Assembly: GCF_009914755.1 (NCBI RefSeq)
Contig: NC_060933.1
Strand: one strand, 5' to 3'
DNA from: the human T2T-CHM13v2.0 reference genome, Homo sapiens
DNA: 64,000 nucleotides
Shown here: positions 47,346 through 62,539 of the stretch, piece by piece
Numbering within the stretch: the first letter of the stretch is position 1
Layout of the letters: every line of letters begins with the position of its first letter
Made by a program: the position numbers and the translations under genes
Notes under the pieces: generated by a model
The model's input: the letters and a program-made list of their open reading frames with translations, nothing else
Told to the model about the DNA's origin: nothing
The model's database searches: none

Positions 47346-49328
47346 AATAAAAAAATAAATGCTCATTATCACTAATCAGAGAAATGCAAATCAAAACCAC
47401 AATGAGATATCATCTTACACCAGTTAGAATGGCTTTTGTTAAACAGTCAGAAATATAACAGATGTTGTTAAGGCTCTGGAGAAAATGGAACACTTGTACA
47501 CTGTTGGTGGGGATCTAACTTAGTTCAACCACCATGGAGAGCAGTCTGGAAATTTCTCAAAGAACTAAGAGTTGAACTGCCATTCAACCCAGCAATTCCA
47601 TTACTGGGTATATACATAAAGAAAAAAAATTGTATCAAAAAGTCATATCCACTTGTATGTTCATTGCAGCACCATTCACAATAGCAAAGACATGGAGTTA
47701 ACTCAGGTGTCCATCAACAGTGGGTTGCATAAAGAAAATGTGGTACATATACACCATGGGACACTATGCAGCCATAAAAAAATGAAATTATGTCCTTTGC
47801 AGCAACATGGATGCAACTGGAGGCCATTATCCTAAGCAAACTAACACAGAAGCAGAAAGCCAAATACCACATTTTCTCACTTGTAGGTGGGAACTAATCG
47901 TTGAGTACACATGAAAGTAAAGATGGAAAGAGACACTGGGGGATGCAAGAGGGGAGAGGGAGGAAGTAGGGCAAGCATTCAGAAACTACCTATTAGGTAC
48001 AATGCTCACTATCTGGGAGATGGATACTTTTATACTCCAAGCCTCAGCATCATTTAATAAAACTTTGTAATAAACCTGTGATTGTACACTCTGATTCTAA
48101 AGTTGAAAAAATGAATTAATAAAATTAACATTTCCAATTACTAAAGAAAAAAATAAAGTAATTTTAAAAATAAATAGAGAATAAATGAATGTATTATATT
48201 GTCAACATTTTCACAAATTATCTTTTTAACAATTCTTAAGAAACTCTTTGCAATGTTTAACACAATTAGATCAGTGCAGTCATTATAAACTATTTCAAAA
48301 AATTCTTTAATACTCTTCTCTCCAAAAAGTAACATCTGTTCCCCATTTACTGCCCATAAAATATAGGCTGGACTTAGTAAAATAATAAATAAATATTTTT
48401 AAGGTAAGATGAAGAATTGGTGACACTCAGGCGGACTTAGGAGCTGATCAAATTTGAGCTGCTTTCATTCCTGCCTTTTCTATTTCAGTACCCAGGAACT
48501 TGCTGTATTCCCCCTGCTCTTAGGTAGGATGAATATAAAAGGCAACCCACATTGTCTAAAAATAGACCTCAGTCCACTTTGACAAAGCACTCTATCCAGC
48601 AACACTCTGCTGCCACACTCTCATTAAAACAATGGAGATGTCAGCATCATCTATTTCATTTCTACTGGAGAGCACAAGCCTTCTTCAATATTTTGACCTA
48701 TCTCCACTGGAGAGGAAGAATTTGATTTGTAAAGACATGGGACTAGCTTCGTTAGATATTAATGAATCAGCTAAGGAGCCTCTATATGGCTGCTGAAACG
48801 ATCTGTCAGCATTCCCATTATAAATCTCTCTCTCTAATGGATTATAATGCTAACAAAAAAATCATTTCAGAATGAAATTTGGCATGTGGTTTATACATTT
48901 CTGGGATAATACTGATTTTTTTTATTAGCCAAAATTAAAAATAAAATTAGTATTAAACTACAGCATTGTACTATAACTCAACCAACAAGAAAAGTAGGTA
49001 AGACTTGCCGGCCCACCTCTGGAAAAACTGAAAAAATATAAAGTCTCCTCCTTTATCAGGAAAAAAAATATGAAAATAAACACACCGATTTTTCAAAAAA
49101 TTAATTTTTATATATATTCAGTATCCCCCCACGAAAATATCTACAGAGTTACCCTGTGACAATGAATATTAGAAGGTTTAGATTACATTTTAATAACTAT
49201 TCAAAGACATTGTAAAAATTGAGATTTCTGTTTCCATAAAAATTCATTTAGGACCACATCAATTTCTTGATGAAGCCACATATAATTTCAGGCAGATTAA
49301 AATGAATGCTTGCATGTGTTTGTTTGTA

Positions 49329-49752
49329 TTGTTGACCCTTTAACAACACAGTTTTAAACTGAATGGGTCCATCTTCTTCTGCCTCCGCCACCCCTGAAAT
49401 ACCAGGACCCACCTCCCCTCTTCTTCCTCCTCCTCAGCCTAAACAATGTGAAGACAAAGAGAAAGAAGACTTTTATGATGATCCACTTCCACTTAATAAA
49501 TTGTAAACATATTTTCTCTTACTTATAGTTTTCTTAATAACATTTTCTGTTCTCTACCTTACTTTATTGGAAGAATACAGAATATAATATATAGAACATA
49601 CAAAATATGAGTTAATCAACTGTTTATGTTATCAGTAAGGCTTCTAGTCAATAGTAACCCATTATTAAGTTTTGGGGGAGTAAAAACTTATACATGGATT
49701 TTTGACTGTGCATGGGATTGGTACCATTAACCTCTGCATTGTACAAGAGTCT
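49329..49752 (+). mobile_element. Tigger2a (TcMar-Tigger)
   Basis: 'gttgaccctttaacaacac...cctcctcctcagcct...atgatgatccacttccacttaat...ttgtacaagagtc'. Confidence 0.85.
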
Positions 49753-50197
49753 CCAGCATGTGTGTATGTGTATAAACACATATACTACACGTATATATAC
49801 ACACACAGACATGTATAACAGAAAAAATTCAAAGTATGATATGATATGCTTTACTTTACATAAAATATGATGGTAGAAAATCTGGAAAATGGACATAATG
49901 GCAAAATGAAAATTATTCAAAATCTCATCCAAATTAATTATATTTTGTTGAAACCAATATAAAAATACAAATATAGTGTATATGTATGCATGTTTATAAA
50001 CAGTTAATTAAGATAAATTGATATGTTCTAAAACTTCAATATCAAATATTCTATTGGATTTATTTTAACATATTTGGAAATAAAAGTATGCAGATGTAAT
50101 ATTTTTAGACTATGAAAACTGTATCATTTCATTTTTTCCTTATGTCTTATTTTCTTAGTTTCCTCTCAGCCCAAAGCTAAAAATTAAGTGAAATCAT

Positions 50198-50322
50198 CCA
50201 TATATATATATATATGTATATGCCTATACAGTGATCTATGCACACATATATACATACATACTATTCTATCCATCCATCCATCCATCCATGCATACATACA
50301 TACATATATACATACATACATA
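50198..50322. repeat. Compound (TA)n/(CATC)n/(CATA)n microsatellite next to an L2 tail
   Basis: Read directly; followed by a reverse L2 3' end, 'tttattcaatgaacaattt'. Confidence 0.8.
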
Positions 50323-51312
50323 AATTTATTCAATGAACAATTTAGTGATACTATCTAGGCAGAAAAACACTATCCTAAGTGGTAAGGATACATGGTTAAT
50401 AAGACCAATAAAACCCCTGTCCTATATAAATTACAGTTTTTCAGGGAGAGAGACAAGTAATAAATAAACAAATATATAAAATAATTTCAGATGATGATAT
50501 TTACACTTAAAGTGGCCGCTCCAGGAATCGGTTGAAATTATGACCTCAGGGAATAAGAATGCAGGTTGTGCCAAGAAGCTAAAGATCATAGGTAAGTTGT
50601 ATTAACATGTCCCTAGAAAATAAATAGTCTTGAAAGCTAGAATTTTCTGAGGTGGAAATTTTTTCTAAAGCCCTTTAGCTTGGGCTATTTAGAGTTAAAC
50701 TTATTTGGCTCTATTCAACTAGGTAGAGAAAAGTCAACACAAGAAGCCGACCGAGCACTGTACTTTGCTCCTTTTTTTGTTTGTTTGTTTTGTTTTTTCC
50801 AGCCTTGGTGGAATGGGAGAAGAAAAAAAAGAGGTTTGGGGAGAGTGGAGATTTGAGATGCTGAAGTTTTAGTCGTCCATCCACATCTTGGAGCAATACC
50901 TTGAGAAGTTCAGGAAGCCTTTACAAATATCCAATATATTTGGGGAAGCTCAATAGGGACATGAATGTGCTGCTGACAGAGACAGTTGATAAGCCAAGAT
51001 CTTAGATCCAGACATGTAGGTGGCGACTTCAAGTCTGAAAATAAATGCCTGGGCACAGCCGATGGAATATTCTACCCCGTGCCAAAATGAGACCATTAAC
51101 ATTGTCACAGAAGCTAATAAAGGAGCAAACTAAACCAGTTACTTACAGGGGACACTATAAGGGATCTAGAGTATTTTATATGGAGATGAACCCTTTTCTA
51201 TCCCTCTGACATGTTGTCCGTGCAGTGCAAAGTGGACTGCCTATATACTCAAAAGGCACTTTAAAGAGGAACACTGGGGGAGGAGAAAATGTGAAAAACA
51301 ACATATAGTTCT

Positions 51313-51483
51313 TTTTTTTTATTATTATACTTTAAGTTTTAGGGTACATGTGCACGTTGTGCTGGTTAGTTACATATGTATACATGTGCCATGCTGGTAC
51401 CCAAATGACTATAAATCATGCTGCTATAAAGACACATGCACACGTATGTTTATTGCGGCATTATTCACAATAGCAAAGACTTG
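51313..51483 (-). mobile_element. Miniature L1PA2-like insertion with 5' inversion (51313-51398 minus, 51399-51483 plus)
   Basis: Poly-T plus the extreme 3'UTR, then an inverted ORF2-end fragment; 17-bp TSD aaacaac(a/g)tata(g/a)ttct at 51296-51312 and 51484-51500, followed by AAAA. Confidence 0.92.
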
Positions 51484-51644
51484 AAACAACGTATAATTCT
51501 AAAAGCCTGAGTTACGTTTTAAAAATGCCTTTGCTTATTAAATAACACTGAGTTTTACTCCACTAGTCAAAATTTAATTTTTCCCAGCCAGAAGAAAGGT
51601 CTAAAAGGAAGAAGAGTTATAGAGATGCAAAAGCTACATTTGCT

Positions 51645-51956
<312 letters not shown>

Positions 51957-52719
51957 CTATATTTGTTTTGCACATGTGAATATTGTGGTAGCAAGGTCTG
52001 AGCCCATTAGAAAAGTGAAAGTATATAGTTAAGGGCTTTGATCCACGTTTTGTTTCTTTGGAGATATCCAAAAGTCAAGAGAAATACGACTTTCTAAATC
52101 CAGAGATTTTCTACCTCATGCCCACCACCACCTTTCACTATTTTCAACTATGAAGAAGGGAATCTACATGGCTATGAGACAGCTATACAGTGTGACAAAC
52201 AAGCCAAAGAAATCGGTGGAGTTGCTGGTGTTCTTGCTTCTGTACTTCTAATTCTTAGTAGCTTTCCGGGAAAGAAGGCAACACTCACAGATTGTGTATG
52301 TCTATTCTTAATCTATTTTACTTTTTTCATCTATGAGAAATAAATTGACCTATTAATAATCATTTATTCAACTGATAATTTTTAAAGTACATAAGTGTAT
52401 CTGGCATGATGCTAAGTGTTGGAACAAAGACACAGTTCCTTTCTTCAAAAAGATTACAGTCTAGAAAATGAGTACAATGAAAGAAATAGAACTTCATCTC
52501 TTCAATATGATTAGGCAGCTCTCTGATTTTAAAAAATAATGGCATCACAGTATGCTATGTATCATTTCTCAAGAAGATACAAGGAAAGCAAATACTATGG
52601 AATACTGATTCAAGGAAGAGGTCAAAATACTGTTAATAATTATCAATTATATAAATAGGTGCTATTAACTGAACTGTTATTACACATCAAATATTATGTT
52701 GCAAAACATACATTGGACA

Positions 52720-52895
52720 AGTCAATCTCAATTTTGGCTGATAGTAGAATCACCTAGGGCCTTTTACCAACTGTAATGCCCAGGTTCACCTAGGCCAATT
52801 AAACTACCATCTCTGGGGGTAAGAATCATGTCTATGTATACTTTAAAGCTCCCCAAGTACTTCTAGTGTGCAGCCAAGTTTGAGCCCTACTATCT
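52720..52895. mobile_element. MER5A
   Basis: 'tagaatcacctagggcc...tttaaagctccccaagtacttctagtgtgcagccaagtttgag'. Confidence 0.75.
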
Positions 52896-53345
52896 CAGAC
52901 ACATTTTAAATAAGCATTTTTTATTGGATATAGACATTTGAAAATTGGGTCTATATTTAGCTTTTCTATATACTGCTAGAGCTGAATAGTAGCAGAGAGT
53001 GTGATATGTGAGAACAGAAATGTGGTTTCAGAATAAATTAATGGCATTTCAGTGTGCTTCCTGCAGCTGGCTCAGAAAAGCAGTTCATTCATAATAGAAG
53101 GACATGAGAATATATGATTCACATTCAAATGAAGCAGAGCTCTCTCCATATTATGACCATGTAGAAACTGCAAGTAAGGAGCAGTATTCATATTACTCAA
53201 ACACCAACATGAATGTAGATATTAATTTATTCCCATTAAGTTATATATCCCATGGCAGTCATGTTGCAACACAAGTTTTGTCACTTTTTCATCCAATATT
53301 TTTACTAAAACATAACATCAACAACTCAAGATAGCAAAGTTTGCT

Positions 53346-53650
53346 ACTAGGGGCATAAACTGGGAGAATCTGGGCCAGATCTTCCCAAGAGGTGTTTCTT
53401 GTTTTGTGTGTACAAAAAGTTTTTAAAACTTGATGATTTTATGCATGAACAACATGAACAAATCCTAGTTTCCACCTTTTTTTAGACTAGTCTGTGTCCT
53501 TACATGACAAGAGTTGGCTTTAAATGAATAGCAGATGGTACATTTAGGCAAGGCACTGCCCTCCAGCGTGCCTCCGTCCTCTACCTGGTGTACACCACTT
53601 ACTCGTACTCCTGCCTAGTCCCCATGACTGTTGGAATTCTAGACCTTTGG
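53346..53650 (+). mobile_element. MER102-like hAT-Charlie element
   Basis: 'ctgggccagatc...gtgtttcttgttttg', 'tttaggcaaggcac...ccctccag', 'cctgcctagtcccc'. Confidence 0.55.
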
Positions 53651-53688
53651 TATATTCATTATAGACCCAGGCCATGCAGCCAGAATGA

Positions 53689-54150
<462 letters not shown>

Positions 54151-54282
54151 TAGAAATCTAGACACTAGAAATAATTTCAGAAATTCCGAATATTTATGTT
54201 TAAAGATATTTTCAAAGAATTATTTGTAATAGTGAGGAACAAAAAATAATATAAAGGTTTACCAATAAGAAATGGTGAAATA

Positions 54283-54764
54283 CAATGGCAAAGACTTGGA
54301 ACCAACCCAAATGTCCATCAATGATAGACTGGATTAAGAAAGTGTGGCACATACACACCACGGAATACTATGCAGCCATAAAAAAGGATGAGTTCATGTC
54401 CTTTGTAGGGACATGGATGAAGCTGGAAACCATCATTCTGAGCAAACCATTGCAGAAACAGAAAATCAAACACTGAATGTTCTCACTCATAGGTGGGAAT
54501 TGAACAACGAGAACACATGGACACGGGGTGGGGAACATCACATACCGGGGCCTTTCGTGGGGCAGGAGGAGGGGGGAGGGATAGCATTAGGAGATATACC
54601 TAATGTAACTGACCAGTTAATGTGCAGCACACCAGCACAGCACATGTATACATATGTAACAAACCTGTAAGTTGTGCACATGTACCCTAGAACTTAAAGT
54701 AAAATAAAAAAAAAACTTAAAAATGAAAAAAATAATAATCTTTAAAAAAAAAGAAACAAAAAAA
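54283..54764 (+). mobile_element. 5'-truncated L1PA5/6 3' end
   Basis: ORF2 end plus 3'UTR ('aaaaaggatgagttc', 'accctagaacttaaag'); perfect 16-bp TSD aagaaatggtgaaata at 54267-54282 and 54765-54780. Confidence 0.92.
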
Positions 54765-54998
54765 AAGAAATGGTGAAATAAATCCTGATACATCAGTGGC
54801 ATGGAGTACAAGGTTTTAATTAGAAAACATGATGTAGTTTCCCTCAGAACATTTACTGTGGGTAGTAAGATAACTTGTTTAAAAGAACAGTCAGTCCACA
54901 AATTTGGAGTTCAATAAAAATTTTATAGTATCCCCAAATTCTCTTAAAAATTTCAAATTTGCTTTTGAACACAGGAAATGATTACTTTAAAAGCTTAG

Positions 54999-55607
<609 letters not shown>

Positions 55608-56542
55608 CTTTTTTGCTAACTTTTAAATCTTTTTTAAAAATTAAAGTTTAACTTACATACAGAAAGTTTACTATTTTTAGCATAAAATACTGTGAGTTTT
55701 GGTAAATGCATGTAGCTGAACGACCACCACCACAATCAAGATATTAAATTGTCCCAAACCCTCAACCCACAAAATTGTCTCTGCAGCTATTTGTTGTTAA
55801 GACCTTTCTTCACCTCTAAGCCCAGGAAACCACTGATCTGTTTTCTGTCGCTGTGGTTTTACTTCTTCCAGAATCCTACAATAGCTAGGCTTCTTTCATT
55901 TAGCATAATGCATTTGAAATCTATGTTGTGTGTATCAATAATTTGTACTATCCTATGCTATGGATATACCACAGTTTATTCAGTCATGAACTGAAGGATA
56001 TTTAGGCTGTTTTCAATTTGGGGCAAGTATGATTGAAGCTGCTATAAACACCTACGTATAGGTTTTAGGGAATATGTTTGTATTTTACATTCATAAATAC
56101 CTAGGGTTGGGATTACTGGATATTGTAGTAAGATTCTGTTCAACTGTGCAATAAACTGCTAAACTGTTTCCAAAGGGACTATACTATTTTTTGCATTCCC
56201 ACAAGCAAAGTATGAGACTTACTGTTGGCATCATTTAGCATAAGTGTTTTAAAAGTTTTAGTCGTTCTAGTAACTATGTGTAGCTCTCTCATGGTTTCAA
56301 TCTGTATTTGCCTAGTGAAAAATAATTTTGAATATCTTTTTTATGTGGTTATATATTATCTGTATGTTTTTAGTTTCTATACAAAATATTTTGCTCATTT
56401 TTAGTGGATGATTTGTTTTTATTATTGTTTTGAGAGTTCTTCATATATTTTGATTACAAATCATTCATCAGATATGTGATTCACAAATATTTTCTCTTAG
56501 TTTTATCGTCATATTCTCTTAAAACGTCTTTGAAAAATTTTG

Positions 56543-57362
<820 letters not shown>

Positions 57363-60122
57363 AAAAATGTATTTTAAATAGCAGAAATTTTTATTTTGAT
57401 AAAGAAAAATTTATGATTTTGTGGGTCTTGCTTTTCATATTGTTTCTAAAAATTATTTGCTTAACCCAAAGATTAAATGATTTTATCTTTCCAGACATTT
57501 ACACTTTGGGCATTTACTTTTAGGTCTATAATCTATATTTATACAATTTTTATATATTATATATATATATGTTGCTAATATGATGAATCACAATTTTTTA
57601 AACTTTAAGTTCAGGATACATGTGCAGGTTTGTTATATAGGTGAACTACTGTCACTGAGGTTTCTTGTACAGATTATTTTGTCACTCAACTATTAAGCCT
57701 AGTATTCATTAGTTATTTTTCCTAATTCTTTCTCTCCCACCCTTCACCCTCTGGGAGGTAACAGTGTCTTTTGTTCTCCTTTATGTGTTCTCATCATTTA
57801 GCTCCCACTTATAAATTAGAACATGTGGTATTTGGTTTTCTGTTCCTGCAAATGACATGATCTTGTTCTTTTTAGTGGCTGCGTAGAATTCCATGGTATA
57901 TATTGTACCACATTTTTTTTAGCCAGTCTACCATTGATGGGCATGTAAGTTGATTCTATGTCTTTGATATTGTGAATAGTGTTGCAATGAACAGACACAT
58001 GCATGTATTTTTATGATAGAATGATTTATAATGTTGAGGGTATACCCAGTAAAGGAGTTGCTGGGTGGAATGGTAGTTCTGTTTTGAGAAATTACCACAC
58101 TGCTTTCTACAATGGTTGAATTAATTTACACTCCCTACAACAGTGTATAAGCACTTTTTTACTGCAACTTCACTAGCATCTGTAATTTTTTGACTTTTTA
58201 ACTATAGCCATTCTGACTGGTGTGAGATGGTATCTCATTGTGGTTTTAATTTGCATTTCACTAATAATCAGTGATGCTGAGCTTTTTTTATATGGTTGTT
58301 GGCTGCATGTATGTCTTCTTTTGAAAAATGCCTGTTATGTTCTTTGCCCACTTTTTAATGGGGTTGTTTTCTACTTGTAAATTTGTTTAAGTTCTTTATA
58401 AATGCTGTATATTAGACCTTTGTCAAATGTACAATTTGAACAAAAATTCTGCCATTCTGTAGGTTATCTGTTTATGAATAGTTTCTTTTGTTGTGCAGAA
58501 GTTATTTAGTTTAATTAGCTCTCATTTGTCAATTTTTGCATTGGTTGCAGTTGCTTTTGATGCTTACTTCATGAAATCTGTACCCATTCCTAAACCCAGA
58601 ATGTTATTGCCTAGGTTGTCTTCCAGAGTTTTTATAATTTTGGGTTTTACATTTAAATTTTTAATCCATCTTGAATTGACTTTTCTATATGGGGTCCAGT
58701 TTCAGTCTTCTGCATATAGCTAGCTAGCTATCCCAGTACCATTTATTGAATAGGGATCCCTTTCCCCATTGCTTTTATCAGCTTTATTGAAGATCAGATG
58801 GCTGTAGCAGGGTGGCCTATTTCTAGGATCTCTATACTGTTTCATTGGTCTATATGCCTGTTTTTGTACCAGTACCATGCTGTTTTGTTTACTGTAGCCC
58901 TGTAACATAATTTGAAGTCAGGTAGCATGCTGCCTCTAGCTTTGTTCTTTTTGCTTAGGATTGTCTTGGTTATTCAGCCTCTTTTTTGGTCCCATATGAA
59001 TTTACTTTTTGTTTTTCTAGGTCTGTGAAGTACATAATTGGTAGTTTCATAATAATAGTATTGAATCTTTGAATTGTTTTGGGAAGTATGGCCATTTTAA
59101 CAATATTGATTTTTCCTATCCATGAGCATAGAATGTTTCTCCATTTGTTTCTGTCATCCCTGATTTCTTTGAGCAGTGTTTTATTGTTCTCATTCTAGAG
59201 CTCTTTCACCTACATGGTTAGCTGTAATCCTAGGTATTTTACTCTTTTTGTGGCAATTTTGAATGAGATAGCATTCCTGATTTGGTTCTCAGTTTGACGG
59301 TTATTGGCATATTGGAATGCTGGTGATTTTTTTTTATGTTGGTTTTATATCATGAGACTTTGCTGAAGTTGTTTACCAGCTGAAGGAGCTTTTGGAACAA
59401 GACTATAGGGCTTCCTAGATATGGAGTCATGTTGTCTGCCAACAGGATAGTTTGACTTCCTCTCTTCCTATTTAGATGTGCTTTATTTCTTTCTCTTGCC
59501 TGTTTGTTCTCGCCAGGACTTCCAATAACATGTTGAATAGAAGAGATGAGAGAGGGACTCCTTGTCTTGTGACAGTTTTCAAGGGGAATGCTTTAAGCTT
59601 TTGCCCATTAAGTACAACGTTGGCTGTGTGTTTGTCATAAACGACTTATTATTTTGAGGTATGTTTCTTCAATACTACATGTTTGAGAGTTTTTAACATG
59701 AAGTGGTGTTGAATTTTATCAAAAGCTTCCTCTCCATCTATTGAGATAAGTATGTGGTTTTGTCTTTAGTTATGTTTATTTGATAAATCACATTCATTGA
59801 TTTGCCTATATTGAACCAATCTTGCATCCCAGAGATAAAGCCTACTTGGTTGTGGTGGATAAGCTTTTTTAATGTGCTGCTGGACTTAGTTTGCAAGTAT
59901 ATCCTTGAGGATTTTTGTATCAATGTTCATCAAGGATGGTGGCCTTAAGTTGTCTTTTTGTGTTGTGTCTCTGGCATGTTTGGATATCAGGATGATGCTG
60001 GCTTCATAGAATGAGTTAGGGAAGAGTCATTTCTCCTCAATTTTTTTTGGAATAGTTTCAGTAGGAAACTCTTCTATTATGTTTTTCCAAAAAACAACTC
60101 ATGGATTTTTTGCTCTTTTGAA

Positions 60123-60126
<4 letters not shown>

Positions 60127-60166
<40 letters not shown>
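60127..60166. repeat. (TG)20 microsatellite inside L1
   Basis: Counted directly. Confidence 0.95.
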
Positions 60167-60167
<1 letters not shown>

Positions 60168-61999
60168 CTGTCTCCTTTGGTTCAGCTCTAATTTTGGTTA
60201 TTTCTTGTCTTCTGCCAGCTTTGGCATTGGTTTACTCTTGGTTCTCTAGCTCTTTTAGTTGTGATGTTAGGTTGTTAATTTGAGATTGTTCTAACTTTTT
60301 AATGTGAGGATTTAGTGCTCTAAATTTCCTTCTTAACACTGCCCTAGCTATGTGCCAGAGATTCTGGTGTGTTGTATCTTTTCTCTCATGAGTTTCAAAG
60401 AACTTCTTGATTTCTCCCTTAATTTTATTATTTACTCAAAAGTCATTCAGGAAAAGTCATTTAATTTCTATGTAACTATGAGGTTTTCAGTGATTTCTTT
60501 AGTCTTGATTTCTAATTTTATTGTGTGTGCTGTGGTCCAAGAGAGTTGTTATGGGTTCATTTATTTCGCATTTGCTGATGATTGTTTTATATATGATTGT
60601 TTGGTCTATTTTAGAGTATATGCCCTGTGGCAATGAGAACAGTGTGTATTCTTGTTTTGGGGTAGAGAGTTGTGTAGATGTCTATCAGATCCATTTGTTT
60701 CAGTGCTGAGTTCAGGTCCTCAATATCTTTGTTAATTTTCTGCCTCAGTGTTCTGTCTAATACTGTCAGTGGTGTTGTGAAATCTCCCCCTATTGTTGCA
60801 TGGGAGTCTAAGTCTCTTGGAAAGTTTTTAAGAACTTGCTTTATGAATCTGAGTGCTCGTATGTTGAGTGCATATATATTTAGGATAGTTAGGTCTTCTC
60901 TTGAATTGAACCTTCTACCATTACCTAACACCCTTCTTTGTCTTTTTTCTTTGTTGGCTTAAAGTCTGTTTTGTCTGAAACTAGGATTGCAACTTCTGCT
61001 TTTTTCTGTTTTCCATTTGCCTGGCAGATTTTTCTCTATCCTTTTATTTTGAGACTATGAGTGTCACTGGCTTTGAGAAGGGTCTCTTGAAGAAAGAATA
61101 CCATTGCATCTTGGTTCTATACCCAGTTTGTCACTCTGTGCCTTTTGATTGGGGGCATTTAGCCCATCTACATTCAAGTTTAGTATTGATACATGTGGAT
61201 TTGATTCTGTCATCATGACATCAGCTGGCTGTTATGCAGACATTTTTTGGGGGTTGCTTTTTATAGTCAGTGGTTTGTGTACTTCAGTGTGTTTTTGTGA
61301 CAATTGATAAAGGTCTTTCCTTTCCATATTTAGCGCTTCCTTCAGGAGCTCTTGTAAGGCTGGTCTGGTTTTTACAAATTCCTTCTTCATTTGCTTGTCT
61401 AAAAGGGATCTTATTTCTCCTTTGCTTATAAAGCTGAGTTTGGCAAGACATGAAGTTCTGGATTTGAATTTCTTTTCCTTAAGAATGTTGAATATTGGCC
61501 TTCAGTCTCTTCTGGATAGTAGTGTCTCTGCTGAGAGGTCTGGTGTTAGTCTCACGGGCTTCCCTTTGTAGGTAACTGGACCTTTCTCTCTTACTGCCTT
61601 TAACATTTTTTTTCCTTTCATTTTGCCCTTGGGGAATCTGATAATTATGTGACTTGGAAATGATCTTCTTGTGAAGTATCTTACTGGGTTTCTCGACATT
61701 TTTAAATGTAAATGTTGGCCTTTCTAGTTAGGTTGGGGAAATTCTCATGGATGATATCCGAAAATATGTTTTCAAGTTGGTTCCATTCCATTATCCTCAT
61801 CTCTTTCAGGGACAAAAATGAATCATAGATTTGACCTCCATACATAACCTCATGCTTTTCATTAGTTTTATTTATTATTTTTTATTCTTTTTTCTCTATT
61901 CTTCTTTGACTATCTATTTTAGAAAGCCAGTCTTCAAGCTCTGAGATTCTTCCTTTGGCTTGTTCTATTGTGCTACTAATACCGGTGATTGCATTGTGA

Positions 62000-62443
<444 letters not shown>

Positions 62444-62539
62444 TAGTGATAACCCCCATTTTGTAATAATGAATTGCTCTGTTAATACACTGTTGGATTT
62501 GGTTTGCTAAAATTCTGTTAGGAATTTCTGTTCTAGTAC

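Noticed and set aside
57841-57849. Apparent ~50-bp deletion between 'tgttcctgc' direct repeats in the L1PA13 3' end
   Set aside because: Depends on a recalled consensus and is an ordinary microhomology deletion.
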